Positions 12,810 to 24,570 of a DNA stretch of 64,000 nucleotides are shown here, piece after piece. A program made the translations under genes and the position numbers. The notes under the pieces were generated by a model that saw only the letters and a program-made list of their open reading frames with translations, was not told the DNA's origin and did no database searches. The DNA comes from Mobula hypostoma (Eukaryota): assembly GCF_963921235.1 (NCBI RefSeq), contig NC_086097.1:233308001-233372000 (forward strand). Direction: 5' to 3'. Positions within the stretch are counted from its first letter, which is position 1; the number at the start of each line of letters is the position of its first letter.

Positions 12810-13280
12810 TCCCTCTCTGAGGACCATTGCCTTGTCATGGTGGAGAGGCTTGTGAGCACCCAAGATCCTAAAAGAGATGCCACCTGGAGTTTAGCCATCT
12901 GGCACTTAGTTTCTGGTAGGGTTGCCCATGGCGGTAAGGTCAAGGGGGTGGTTCTACGTAGAGATCCAACCAAGATCTTAATGGTGAAGCTGGTGGAAGA
13001 TGATGAGAACTCACAATGTCAGTGAAGATGGAGGAAGGCTGCAGCAGTGAAGACTCCTGACCCAGATCCATCAAGGATCATGTGGTGGCTACCCATGCAA
13101 CAGCCTCCCATGTTAAACAAAGTCATGCACAATCATTCGCCATTAAGGGAGTTCACCCTAACATCCCTGATTAAGTCCTGTGGTGATCAGTAAGTGGAGA
13201 ACAGGGTAGCATTGTGAAGTCTGGAAGCCCACACCGCCCTGATCTACAGCCATCTGAAGACCCACCAATAGACATCCCCT
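12810..13280 (+). mobile_element. RTE-clade (BovB/Expander-like) 5' UTR-derived non-autonomous element
   Basis: gccttgtcatggtggagaggcttg...tggtagggttgcccatggc resembles RTE 5' UTRs as I recall them; second copy at 3799-4204. Confidence 0.6.
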
Positions 13281-13750
13281 TCGGAATGAAAGGGTTAACG
13301 AATGAGGAGTGTTTGATGGCTCTGGGGCTGTACTCACTGGAGTTTAGAAGAATGAGGGTGAAATCTCATTTTAATCTATTGCATATTGAAAAGCCTAAAT
13401 AGAGTGGATGTGGAGAGAATGTTTTCTATAGAGGAGGAAGAGTCTAGGACCAGAGGACACAGCCTCAGAATAAAAGGATGCCAATTTAGAATGGAGATGA
13501 GAGGGAATTTCTTTATTTAGAGGATGGTGAGTCTGTGGAATTCATTGCCACAGAGAGCTCTGGTGGCCAAGAGTTTAGGTATATTTGAAGGAGAGGTTGA
13601 TAGCTTCTTGATTAGTAAGGGCACCAAAGATTATGGGGAGAATGCAGGAGAGTGGCCTTGAGAGGGATAATAAATCAGCCATGATTAAATAGCAGAGCAG
13701 ACTCAATGAAGCAAATAGCCTAATTTTGCTCCTGTGTCTTATAGTTTTAT
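13281..13750 (+). mobile_element. CR1 3' fragment
   Basis: MKGL...LGLYSLEFRRMR followed by CR1 3' UTR (atcagccatgat...gcctaattttgctcct). Confidence 0.85.
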
Positions 13751-13923
13751 GCCTTGTTGTCTGAAGAAAGCACAGCAAATCAGAAGAATGAATCCCTCAG
13801 CACTGAAGTAAGAAGTAGCTGGTGTGAAGGGACCCAAGGGAAGATGGCAGAAATGGCATAACTGGGGTACATTGGGAAAATGGGTAAATATGACAGCATG
13901 CAAGGGGTGGTCAGCATGGATTC

Positions 13924-14230
13924 CACGGTAGCATAGTGGTTAGTGTGATGTTATTACAGGTCGGGATGTTCCGGAGTTCAGAGTTCAATTCCTGCGCCAT
14001 TCTGTAAACCTCCCTGGCTCTGTGTGTCCTCCCCGTGGAATGTGTGGGTTTTCCATGGCTACTCCAGTTTCTTCCCATGGTCCAAAGACGTACTGGGTAG
14101 ATTAATTAGTCTTTGTAAATTGTCCCATGACTAGGTTAGGGTAAAATCGAGGTTCTGACGTTGCCGTGCTAGCATGGCTTGAAGGGCCAGGTGGGCCTCC
14201 TCCACACTGCATCACTAAATAACTAATAAA
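13924..14230 (+). mobile_element. tRNA-derived V-SINE (HE1-like)
   Basis: A-box-like tagcatagtggttag, B-box-like gagttcaattcc, V-domain-like gtgggttttcc...ctccagtttcttccca..gtccaaagac. Confidence 0.75.
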
Positions 14231-15496
14231 TTTACCTTGAATAAATGGACCTATTCTTCAAAGCTAATAATATGGTAGGAGTTACAGGCAAAAATATAAA
14301 GGAAAACATGAAGTGATTCATATTATTGTTGGAAATGGCCTTAGAGAAGTGTATGGCAATCATTAAGGTGTTGGGACACAGTGTAAAAATTAAAATGAGG
14401 TATTCTTCAACCCAGTACTATCTGAAGTGTTTGAAAACTAACAACTTGGTACACAGTATCAGATGCCAGCGGAAGTGATTCTTACATACGCTACAAAATT
14501 AACAGACCTAGTGAGGTACAGTAATTCTGCAGCTTTCTGCCAGGTGAGTATTGAAGGATGATTCTATGTCTGAATTAGATGATGTTTGAAATAATACTCT
14601 TTAATATTAAAAATACATCTTTAATATTCCATGACTTTCTTATGGAGACAAGAATAAGATTGTTATTGAAATGGAATGAACGCTGATGAGGTCAAATAGT
14701 TTTGGTCAGCTCAAGGCGAGAGGTGAAAAATGAGGGGAGGCAATACCATCAGCACAGTAACTGCAGAATCTTTTGTGCCTTCTTCATTGAGACCCAGTCA
14801 TGTAAAGCACTGAACTGCTTCAGTGGGAACCCGAATGTAGAGTAAGAAACCACGGCTTCAAAGATGACTGGCCCTACAATTGACACCAGGCAATTTATGA
14901 CTTGATCTCTTGCAGCAGCCTGCTGCTGGACTGCAGCAAAGTTTTGGGATTGGTTTATCATTTTCACCTGGCTAATATACAGTGGAAAAACTTGTCCTGC
15001 ATACTATTCATACAGAGCACCGCACTGATATAGAACTAGATAAAACAATGACAATAAAGTGTAAAAGTTACAGAGAAAGTGCGGTACAAGACGAGGTAGC
15101 CTGCGAAGTCAAGGGTCCATCTCATCATACAAGTGCTCCTTTCAATAGTACGAGTGGGGTAGAAGCTGTCTTTGAGCCTGGTGGTATCTGCTTTTGTATC
15201 TTTTACCCAATGGGAGAGGCGGGGAAAAGAGAGTATCTCGAGTGAAGGTGTGACAGAGAGCGCTCATTAATGCACTCCTTACAAACATGCACGCAAACAA
15301 TGCCTTGTCATTCTGCTGAAATTGTGCTGAGTGTGGGCACTTTATACGTCTTTCCCCCTGGTATATTCTATTCATGAATGTAATGGCTTCTCAAGCATTT
15401 GGCTTTATGGTGCTTTCCTGTTATATCCAGTGGAATATTCCATTTCTTTAGTCCTGGAGATGTATAAATGTGTGTATATTGTTTGTACACTGCATT

Positions 15497-16257
15497 TACT
15501 TCATACTTTATAGTCGCCAAACAATTGATACTAGAATGTACAATCATCACTGCGATATTTGATTCTGCGCATCCCGCTCCCTGGATTACAAATCGACAGT
15601 AAATATTAAAAATTTAAATTATAAATCATAAATAGAAAATAGAAAAATGGGAAGTAAGGTAGTGCAAAAAAAAAACCGAGAGGCAGGTCCGGATATTTGG
15701 AGGGTATGGCCCAGATCCGGGTCAGGATCCGTTCAGCAGTCTTATCACAGTTGGAAAGAAGCTGTTCCCAAATCTGGCCGTACAAGTCTTCAAGCTCCTG
15801 AGCCTTCTCCCGGAGGGAAGAGGGATGAAAAGTGTGTTGGCTGGGTGGGTCGTGTCCTTGATTATCCTGGCAGCACTGCTCCGACAGCGTGCGGTGTAAA
15901 GTGAGTCCAAGGACGGAAGATTGGTTTGTGTGATGTGCTGCGCCGTGTTCACAATCTTCTGCAGCTTCTTCCGGTCTTGGGCAGGACAACTTCCACACCA
16001 GGTTGTGATGCACCCTAGAAGAATGCTTTCTACGGTGCATCTATAAAAATTAGTGTGGGTTTTAGGGGCAGGCCAAATTTCTTTAGTTTTCTCAGGAAGT
16101 AAAGGTGCTGGTGGGCCTTCTTGGCAGTGGACTCTGCTTGGCTGGACCAAGTCAGGTCATTTTTGATATTGACCCCGAGGAACTTAAAGCTTTTGACCTG
16201 TTCCACTTGCGCACCACCGATGTAAATTGGGTTGTGCGGTCCGCTACTCCTCCTTAA
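15497..16257 (-). mobile_element. Rex1/Babar-clade LINE, 5'-truncated, young
   Basis: ORF 15722-16150: FYRCTVESIL...IIKDTTHP...LPSGRRLRS...NSFFPTVIRLLN; highly similar to 54590-55020. Confidence 0.9.
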
Positions 16258-16619
16258 GGTAGATACTTCTGTTTATTTGTAATATGATTGGAACTATATT
16301 GTGGGGTGCATCATATTCTGATTCATGTGTAGTCTTAAGTTGACTTTATGGGTAACTAAAGATGGTTATGTACTGGTGCCTAATAAAACAGGCCAGACTG
16401 CTCTCAGTAGGAGAGAGAGAGGTTGAGCTGCTGGGAGTTCACACTGGAATATAGTACCAGGTTATTTATTGTATTTCTGGTAGATACCTTTTTGTAAATA
16501 TTAGGAGTTTTCTTTTCACTATTTTACCTAATTTTCGTAAGTTTGATTTTTTGATGCACCAATTAAACATCCTTGAATGAAAGTGCTAAGCAACATCAGC
16601 CTTTGATTGTGAACCACAT

Positions 16620-16985
16620 ATTTGGGCAGATGGGGCTCGTCAGCCATGGTTGGCAGCTCATCTAGGAGAAGGAAAACTCTGATTGTAAAGCTCCACTGCC
16701 TTCAAGCTACACCCACTCATGGGGAAGGCTTTGGGAGTGAACCCAGAGGGAAAAACCCAGAGCTGGAGTCCCTAAGGCAGTCCTACGTTGAGTTCAACGC
16801 AGACTGACAACTCCTTTGATGCTGCTGGTGCCAAATTCTATCGGTCTCGTCTGTTCCTTTGGGTTCATCAGATATGTGGAGAGGGGTAGATTGCTACATG
16901 GGCGACAGCTTGCTCTCCATATTGTATTGCCCTGGCTTGCATATCTAAACAGCTAGGATGCAATATCCATGGTCGACCCTGACGT
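16620..16985 (+). mobile_element. RTE-like 5' UTR-derived repeat (second copy at 37630-38160)
   Basis: gatggggctcgtcagccatgg...ctaggagaaggaaaactctga...ccctaaggcagtcctacgttgagtt aligns with 37832-38150. Confidence 0.6.
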
Positions 16986-17329
16986 ATGGCGGCCTCATTA
17001 TCATCTTTATCAAACCACATACGTAACAGAGCATTACTTTGGTTATGTAGCTACTGTGCTGAGGCAGCAGGAAGTACGTATAGACCGTATGTTCAGAGAG
17101 AGTATAACGGGAGGAAGAGTAGGACAATTATTCTAAAAGGAATGAATGGATCCACAAGGAGCAGCTGGCAAAGAATAACTGAACTCTGGCGGCATCCTGC
17201 TGGCCTTGCACAAGTTTACGATAACAGACAAGGATATAAAAATATTGCGAGTGGTAATCCACGCAAGTCCCATTGGAATAAAGCATAATGAGAAAAAAAA
17301 ATGGGAAGTTCCTAATTAAATAGAAGCTG

Positions 17330-17520
17330 TGTGGCACAGTGACACAGCTCGTAATTATTCTGCCTCATGACATCAAAGACCTTGGTTCGATCTTGATCTT
17401 AGGCTCTGTCTGTGTGGAGTTTGCACATTTTCCCTATGACTAAATGCACATTTTCCCTCTTTCCTTCCACATCCCAGAAATATGAAGGTTGGCAAGTTAA
17501 TTAGCCACTGAAAGTTGCTC
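17330..17520 (+). mobile_element. Degraded V-SINE
   Basis: gtggcacagtg...ggttcgatc (B box)...gtctgtgtggagtttgcacatt...ttccttccacatccca. Confidence 0.65.
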
Positions 17521-17794
17521 CAATGTCAAGGTTCAAAGTAAATTTATTATAGAAGTACGTATACTGCATGCCGCCGTGTGCTTCCTTGACCTTCAATTCT
17601 TGCAGGCATTCACAGGAGAACAGAGAAATATAATAGAATCAGTGAAAAGCTACGACAAAGACTGAAAAACAACCAACGTACGAAAGAAGACAAACTGTGC
17701 AGACAAAAATAAATGACACTGAGAACCTAATTTGTAGAGTCCTTGAAAGTGAACCCACAGGTTGTAGAATCAGTTCAGAGTTGAAGTGAGTAAG

Positions 17795-18420
17795 TGCGTC
17801 AGAACAGGAACAGGCCCAGGCCCCTCAGCAACAATGTTGTGCGGAAGCAGCTAAAAAGTAGATTTAAAAAACACAAAAACTTATCTCTCCTATTTACACA
17901 ATGTCCATATCCCTCCATCCTCCTCATATTCATGAGCCTGTCTAAGCATCTCTTAAAAGCCTCTGATGTATTTCCTCTACCACCATACCAGGCAGCGGAT
18001 TCCAGTCATCCACCAGTCTCTGAGTACAAAACTTACCCCTCACATCCCCTTTGGGCCTACTCCCTCTTACCTTCAATGCATGCCCTCTGGTATTAGACAT
18101 TTCTTCCCTGAGAGAAATATGCTCTCTGTCCACTCTATCGATGCCTCTCACAATCTTATAAACCCTCAGCCTTCGCTGCTCCAGAGAAAACAACCCAAGT
18201 TTGTCCAGCCTCTTGTGATATCACCTGCCCTCTAAAACAGGCAGCATCCTGGTAAACCTCTTCTGCACCCTCTTCAAAGCCTCAAAAACCTTCCTACAGT
18301 ACAGCAACTGGAACTGTATGCAATAGTCCAGATTTAGCATGACCCGAGTTCTATAAAGTTGTGACATAACTTCTCGAGTTTTGAAATCAATGCCTTGACC
18401 AATAAAAGCAAACGTTCCAT
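17795..18420 (-). mobile_element. CR1 3' fragment
   Basis: ORF 17942-18193: FSLEQRRLR..YKIVRGIDRVD...TRGH...WNPLP. Confidence 0.85.
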
Positions 18421-18485
18421 ATCTATAAGTAGTAGACAGTGGAGAACATTTTTTAAAATGGGATAACTGGAGGATTAATGTAGAT

Positions 18486-18543
18486 CAGGTGTTCCCAACC
18501 TAAGGTCCATGGACCATGGCATAAAAAAGGTTGGGAACCACAG
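18486..18543. mobile_element. 58-bp hAT (Charlie-like) MITE
   Basis: TIRs caggtgttcccaacct / aggttgggaaccacag; 8-bp flanks atgtagat and atatagat (7/8 match). Confidence 0.7.
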
Positions 18544-18897
18544 ATATAGATGGTTGGTTGATGGATGGTATTGATTAATGAGCCCAAGAGTCTTCTTTTA
18601 AGATCTTTGAGATGCTTTTATGATCTTAAATGTAGACATGGAAGAATGCATGCAAAATAGTATTCTTGCCGGAGTGGTGTCCAAGAAAAAAAGAAACTTA
18701 ACAGTAAATTTGAAAGTAAATTCTGTAGAAACTAAATGCACCATTACCCAAGATGTCAAGAGAAGTGATCTGTCTGTAATCATTGTGAACTGCATTAAGA
18801 AACTGTTAGTGCTGGTAGAGAATGATCAGGGAACCTGTGGCAAATATATTGTATCTGAACACAGATCTAGCATCTAGTAAGGAACTAACAAAAGGTA

Positions 18898-19090
18898 AAT
18901 ACGAGAGATTCTGCAGATGCTGGAAATCCAAAGTAACACACACAAAATGCTGGAGGAACTGAGCAGATCAGGCAGCATCAATGGGTAGGAATGAACAGCT
19001 GAAGTTTCAGGCCGAGTCCTTCTTCAGGTCTGGGCAGAAGGAGGAAGAAACAAGAATAAAAAGGTAAGGGGGAGGAGAAGGAGTCTCAGG
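18898..19090 (-). mobile_element. Penelope-like terminal-repeat remnant (decayed hammerhead 18996-19032)
   Basis: ctgcagatgctggaaatcc...aaatgctggaggaactgagcagatcaggcagcatc...tttcaggccgagtccttcttcagg. Confidence 0.75.
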
Positions 19091-19165
19091 CTGGCTGTGG
19101 GGGGGGGGGGGTGGAGGGGCAGGTATAGCCAAGGGCGGCGCCTTTTACCTCCAGAAGCATCTGTT

Positions 19166-19926
19166 ATAACCATATAACAATTACAGCACGGAAACAGGCC
19201 ATCTTGACCCTTCTAGTCCATGCCGAAATCTTACTCTCACCTAGTCCCACTGTCCTGCACTCAGCCCATAACCCTCCATTCCTTTCCTGTCCATATAGCT
19301 GGCCAATTTAACTTTAAACGACATATCCAACCTGCCTCAACCACTTCTGCTGGAAGCTCGTTCCACACAGCTACCACTCTCTGAGTAAAGAAGTTCCCTC
19401 TCATGTTACCCCTAAACTTTTGCCCTTTAACTCTCAACTCATGTCCTCTTGTTTGAATCTCCCCCTACTCTCAATGGAAAAAAGCCTATCCATGTCAACT
19501 CTATCAATCCCCCTCATAATTTTAAATACCTCTATCAAATCCCCCCTCAACCTTCTACGCTCTAAAAAATAAAGACCTAACTTGTTCAATCTTTCTCTGT
19601 AACTTAGGAGATGAAACCCAGGCAACATTTTAGTAAACCTTCTCTGTACTCTCTCAATTTTGTTGACATCCTTCCTATAATTCGGTGACCAAAGCTGTAC
19701 ACAATACTCCAAATTTGGCCTTACCAATGCCTTGTACAATTTCAACATTACATCCTAACTCCTATACTCAATGCTCTGATTTATAAAGGCAAGCATACCA
19801 AAAGCTTTCTTCACCACCCTATCCACATGAGATTCCACCTTCAGGGAACTATGCACCATTATTCCTAGATCCCTCTGTTCTACTGCATTCTTCAATGCCC
19901 TACCATTTACCGTGTATGTCCTGTTT
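19166..19926 (-). mobile_element. CR1 3' fragment, relatively young
   Basis: ORFs 19434-19748 and 19755-20021 (EQRDLGI, RPNLEYCVQLWSP); tail at about 19166-19180. Confidence 0.9.
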
Positions 19927-20249
19927 CTACACCGATTGGGCACTGTGAACTGAGAACCCAAGTAAAAGTGTGAAGCAATAAGAAGTTGCGAGATGTCTGT
20001 GAGACTCAAAAGATTACCCATCGATATACTCAGGGTGTGGTTAAAGAAGGAGTCTGTATTTTGGGAACAATAAATGATGCAAAGGCAGTGCGGAAGCTAT
20101 TGCCAAGGTACTGTACAAACAGCAGCAAGTTCTGTGATTCTTTGTTTTGTGACTGTCCGTGGAGAAGACACGTTTCAGCAGGGTTGTATACTGCATACTT
20201 ACTTTGATAATAAATGTACTTTTTGAATTTTTGAACCTTTGAAGTATAC

Positions 20250-21125
20250 CCCCTCCCCGATCCACCAAATTTCCCACTTACCTGGCTTCACCTATCACCT
20301 GCCAGCTTGTAGAGATTCAAACCTCCCCCCCCCCCAAATCCTGCTTGTTCTGCTTTCTTCCCCCTTCCTTTCCAGTCCAGATGAAGGATCTTGGGCTAAA
20401 ACTTTAACTGTTTATTCCTCCCTATAGATGCTGCCTGATCTGCTGAGTTCCTCCAGCATTTTTTTTAGATTATGAGGACACGCAGTCCCCTTTTATTGTC
20501 ATTTAGTAATGCATGCATTAAGAAATGATACATTATTTCCTCTGGTGTGATATCACAAAACACAGGACAAATCAAGACTGAAAAAACTGACAAAACCACA
20601 TAATTATAACATATAGTTACAACAGTGCACAATACCATAACTTGATGAAGTCCATGAGCACAGTAAAGTTCAAAGTTGCTCAAATGTCCCACATCTCATG
20701 CTGACGGGAGAGGGAAGAAAAACTCTCCCTGCCCTGCCGACCACAATCTGACTGAGCCATCTGAAAACTTCGAGCTCTGATCAGCTCTCTGACACCGAGT
20801 ACTGAGCGCCATCTCTGTCCCAGTGATTCGACCTGTTTCTCGGTCACCAAAAGCAGGCAACGCCGGGGATTTTGAGGCCTACCCTCCGAAAGATTCGCAA
20901 CCACACAGTAACGACAGCAGCGAACGGGCGTTTCAGAAATTTTTTCAGATGTTCCTCTGTAGTTTCACGTCCATTCTCCATCAAATCAGAATTGTCCACG
21001 GCCCCTATTTAATGGATACAAGATCATTTTCACTGGACAGCTGCGCATGCGCAGCGCGCTGCCGTCTTCCCCTCCCGCCAGTTGTGTTTCATTGTGGATT
21101 TCCTGCAGCTGCAGGATTTTGTGTT
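20250..21125 (+). mobile_element. Penelope terminal-repeat remnant (20250-20466 and 21080-21125) split by another retroelement
   Basis: cctggcttcacctatcacc...cagtccagatgaagg...ctgagttcctccagcattt resumes after the insert as ttgtgtttcattgtggatttcc. Confidence 0.7.
20466..21075 (-). mobile_element. Unclassified non-autonomous retroelement-like insert with CpG-rich 5' end
   Basis: Interrupts a Penelope remnant; minus strand ends aataaaaggggactgcgtgtcctcataatcta; no coding similarity seen. Confidence 0.55.
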
Positions 21126-21169
21126 TACAAATAGGAGCAAAAGCTGCACCAGTACTTGAGGTTATGATG

Positions 21170-21350
21170 TATATTTATTTATTTATTGGGACCTTCCAAC
21201 CCTTAGAGCTGCACCACCCAACAATTCCTGATTTAACCCCAGCCTAATCACAGGACAATTTACGATGAACAATGAACCTACCAATTGGTACGTCTTTGGA
21301 CTGTGGGTGGAATCCAGAGTACCTGGAGGAAACCCACGTGGTTATGAGGA
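21170..21350 (-). mobile_element. V-SINE remnant
   Basis: ggacaatttac...gtacgtctttggactgtggg...gagtacctggaggaaacccac is the reverse complement of the V domain at 14040-14130. Confidence 0.7.
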
Positions 21351-22009
21351 GAAAAATAGTCAAATAGGATGATGGCAGGGATCAAGTATATAATGGCAGA
21401 CAATTTAAAATGAGGGTATCCGAAAGTAGGGTGTGCTTTCCCAAAATCCAGGTGGAGGGAAAAAGTTCAGGAGTTTACAGAAAGCTACCGTATATGTTAT
21501 TCTTCCGGAATAAAGTCCATTTGATATCTGAGACTTTGGATGGGATCTTATGGAGAAATCCCAATGGAATCTGTACAGTTTGGAGAGAAAAGAGCTAGCA
21601 TGAAATTCCACATAGAGCTTAAGGTCTGTGAGGTATTCAACTGTAGTTGTACACAAGGTTAAAATGAAAGCACATTAAACATTCAATTTCAGACAAAGCT
21701 TATTTCTCAAAACATTTTACTGCACTGATATCTATTTTCTGCTAAGTTATTAACATGAACAGATCTCCTCCAAATTATAAATGGAATTAGGCAAATTAGA
21801 ACGAAATGCTCATGATTATTGACAACAGCACGGAGTCTATTAGAGCAACTAGAATTCAGAGAAACAGTGGCTGGAATTTGCCTCAAGACAGTAAACACCT
21901 ACTTATCGGTAATCTGTATAGGGTCCATGAAGCTGGTGCTGTTTTGCCTCACTTCTATAGACTCTGTGTCTGTACCCTGAGTAAATATAAATGCAAAAAA
22001 TGCATTTAA

Positions 22010-22210
22010 AATCTCCCCCATTTCTATTTGCTCCATGCATGGATTACCATTCTGATCTTCCAGGGACCAATTTTGTCCCTTCCAATCCTTTTGCTCTTAA
22101 CATATCTGACAAATCCCTTAGGATTTTTCTCTATCTTGACTGCTAGGCCAACTTTATGCCTTCTTTTCACCTTCCTGCTTTCATTCTTAAGTGTTCCTTC
22201 CTTAAGAATG
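22010..22210 (-). mobile_element. CR1 ORF2 internal fragment
   Basis: KRRHKVGLAVKIEKNPKGFVRYVKSKR..RDKIGP, like 6574-7125. Confidence 0.75.
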
Positions 22211-22349
22211 AGAAGGAATTCACTTGAAATAATTCCCTTCATTGTAATCTTTGTGTTCAATACTATTTGTTTATTATTTGCATTGACATAATTTCTATAC
22301 AAGTATCTGAAATAATATGTTTTACAGCAGACTCGATGACCGAATGACC

Positions 22350-22550
22350 TTTCCCACTCACCTGGCTTTACCTATCACCTTCTAGCTAGTTCTCGTTCCC
22401 CTCCCCCCCCCCAACTTTTTATTTTGGCATCTTCCCCCTTCCTTTCCAGTCCTGAAGAAGGGTCTTGGCCTGAAATGTCAATTGCTTATTCATTTCCATA
22501 GATGCAGCCTGACCTGCTGAGTACCTCCAGTATTTTGAGTCTGTTACTCT
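22350..22550 (+). mobile_element. Penelope terminal-repeat remnant (hammerhead motif 22447-22484)
   Basis: cagtc-ctgaaga-agggtcttggcct-gaaa-tgtc-aattg...gatgcagcctgacctgctgagt. Confidence 0.75.
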
Positions 22551-23299
22551 AATTCTGCTCATTTACCTTTTTTTAATGGTTTAATCATTTAATGGTCTTA
22601 TGATCATTCATAGATTTTCAGCATCATTCACTGGGCACCCAGTGGGTACAGCCCAAAATTAAAATACTGTAGAGCTGGAAATCTGAAGTTTCACACTAGC
22701 CGCAGTGAAACAACACTAGTCAAATATGTTCTGCATTGCATTATGTAATATTTCCTTCCTTCAAGAATTGTATTTCAAACAATGCACCATGAATAAGAGC
22801 TGCAGAAAGCAGCCGGTGTAAATTGAGTTACGAGAGCTGGATGTCATGCTGCTAGGCGATGCAATTTGTCATCTGTGAATTTCTCCCTTAACTCTTTTTC
22901 AAAATATAAAAATGAAGGAACGCTGCTCACTTCTTGCAGATTCCTATTTACTTTTGGATCACTGGAGTGTGATTATACAGCCTGCTGATGACACATTTAA
23001 TCCATCAGAATCTCAGCTTGGATCAAGCATGATAGCAAAATGTTTTCCAAAAAAAAAAATCAAGTGCTGTTCCAAAGGTGAAAGAACTTGGCTTCGGTGG
23101 ATGTAATTTAGGTATAAAGTACATGAGATTTTCAACCATGGGACATTGCAGCTGACCCTCAGCAGAAATCGCAAACAAAAAGAAGCAGAATTTTGCTTTA
23201 TTTATCCCAAAGGCAATAATGTGAATTGAAGTGCCCAATCATTCAACCAACACAACAAAGACATGGGCTTAACCTGTAATCTTCCTTGGACTCAGGAAA

Positions 23300-23500
23300 A
23301 CTGAAAATGCGAGAAACACTCAGTAAATCAGGAAATATCCATGGAGAGAAAAAACAGAGTTAATATATCAGCTCTGGGACCCTTTTTCAAAACAACTTGA
23401 CATTAACTATTTCTCTATCCATAGATGCTGCCTGACCTGCATAGTATTTCCAACATTTTCCGTTTTTTTAAATTCCAATTTCCAGCATCTACAGGCTTTT
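23300..23500. repeat. Inverted pair of Penelope terminal-repeat remnants
   Basis: gaaaatg...ctcagtaaatcagg...tccatggagagaaa..gagttaat faces attaactatttctctatccatagatgctgcctgacctg...cattttc. Confidence 0.55.
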
Positions 23501-24297
23501 TGATGTTTAGATTTTCTTTCACTGATTTGGTCTATTTGGCTTAGCTTGTGTTGAACGATTAACAAGGAGTCACACCTGGAATTGCAAACTTTGACAATGA
23601 AGGTAAGCTTTACTCCAGGAAATTATATACTGCATATATAGACAATATACATTCAGATTCATTTATTTACAACATGTACACTGAAACATGGAGTGAAATG
23701 CATCATTTGTATTAACAACCAACACAACTTAAGGACGTAACAGACACAAAAATGCTGGTGGAACTCAGTAGGCCATACAGCATCTGTGAAAAAGAGTGAA
23801 CAGTTGACATAGCAGAGCTCACAGAGGGGGAGGAGTGAGAGAGACACCGGTTAAAACCTCAGGATGTGTGGCTCACAAGTGGCCAAACATTCCGGTGCCA
23901 ACATACGGTAGTATGCTCACAATGCTCAGCAGAACAACACAAAAGACAACAAATCAGAACACAACAGCCAACAAAACAACAAAAAGCATATTTTTTTCCT
24001 ACCCACATGGACATTTCTTCAAGCCCAGGACAGGCCTCTGGGCCTCCACTCATCAGGCTTCAGCCATCAATTTTCAAGTTCTGATTTCTGGATGACCTTT
24101 GGGTTTTGATCTTTAATAGTGAGCCTGCGACTAGCTGAAGAGAGGACCCTGAACTCCAGGCCTCAAACTTTTCTATGGCTAATGTGTTTGAATAACTCAC
24201 TGCTCATGTTCACTGTTATCTTGAATGATAATGTTATCTTCAATCCAGTTGCTCCTTTATTGGCAAGTCTGCAAGTGTTGGTGAATGCTGGGAATAT

Positions 24298-24570
24298 AAT
24301 ACCATAAGATATAGGAGCTGTTTCGTCCATCTAGTCTGCTCCACAATTTCATTATGGCTGATTCATTTTCCCTCTCAGCCCCAATCTCCTGCCTTCTCCC
24401 CTTATCCCTTCATGACCTGACTAATCAAGAATCTATCAGCCTCTGCTTCAAATATACTCGGTGACTTGGCCTCCACAGCTGCCTGTGGCAACGAATTCCA
24501 CCGATTCACCACTGTCTGGCTGAAGAAATTCCTCCCTCATCCCCATTCTGAAAGGATGTCCCTCTCGGCC
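24298..24570 (-). mobile_element. CR1 3' end fragment
   Basis: ccataagatataggagc tail; gaattccaccgattcaccact...gaagaaattcctc is the reverse complement of the RNFFSQ.VVN.WNSL region. Confidence 0.8.

Noticed and set aside
13924..13995. Functional tRNA gene
   Set aside because: It is a degenerate SINE head followed by a V domain; no complete cloverleaf.
18620..18877. 85-aa ORF in unique sequence after a tag acceptor-like site
   Set aside because: No recognisable domain, weak polypyrimidine tract, and no supporting neighbouring exons.
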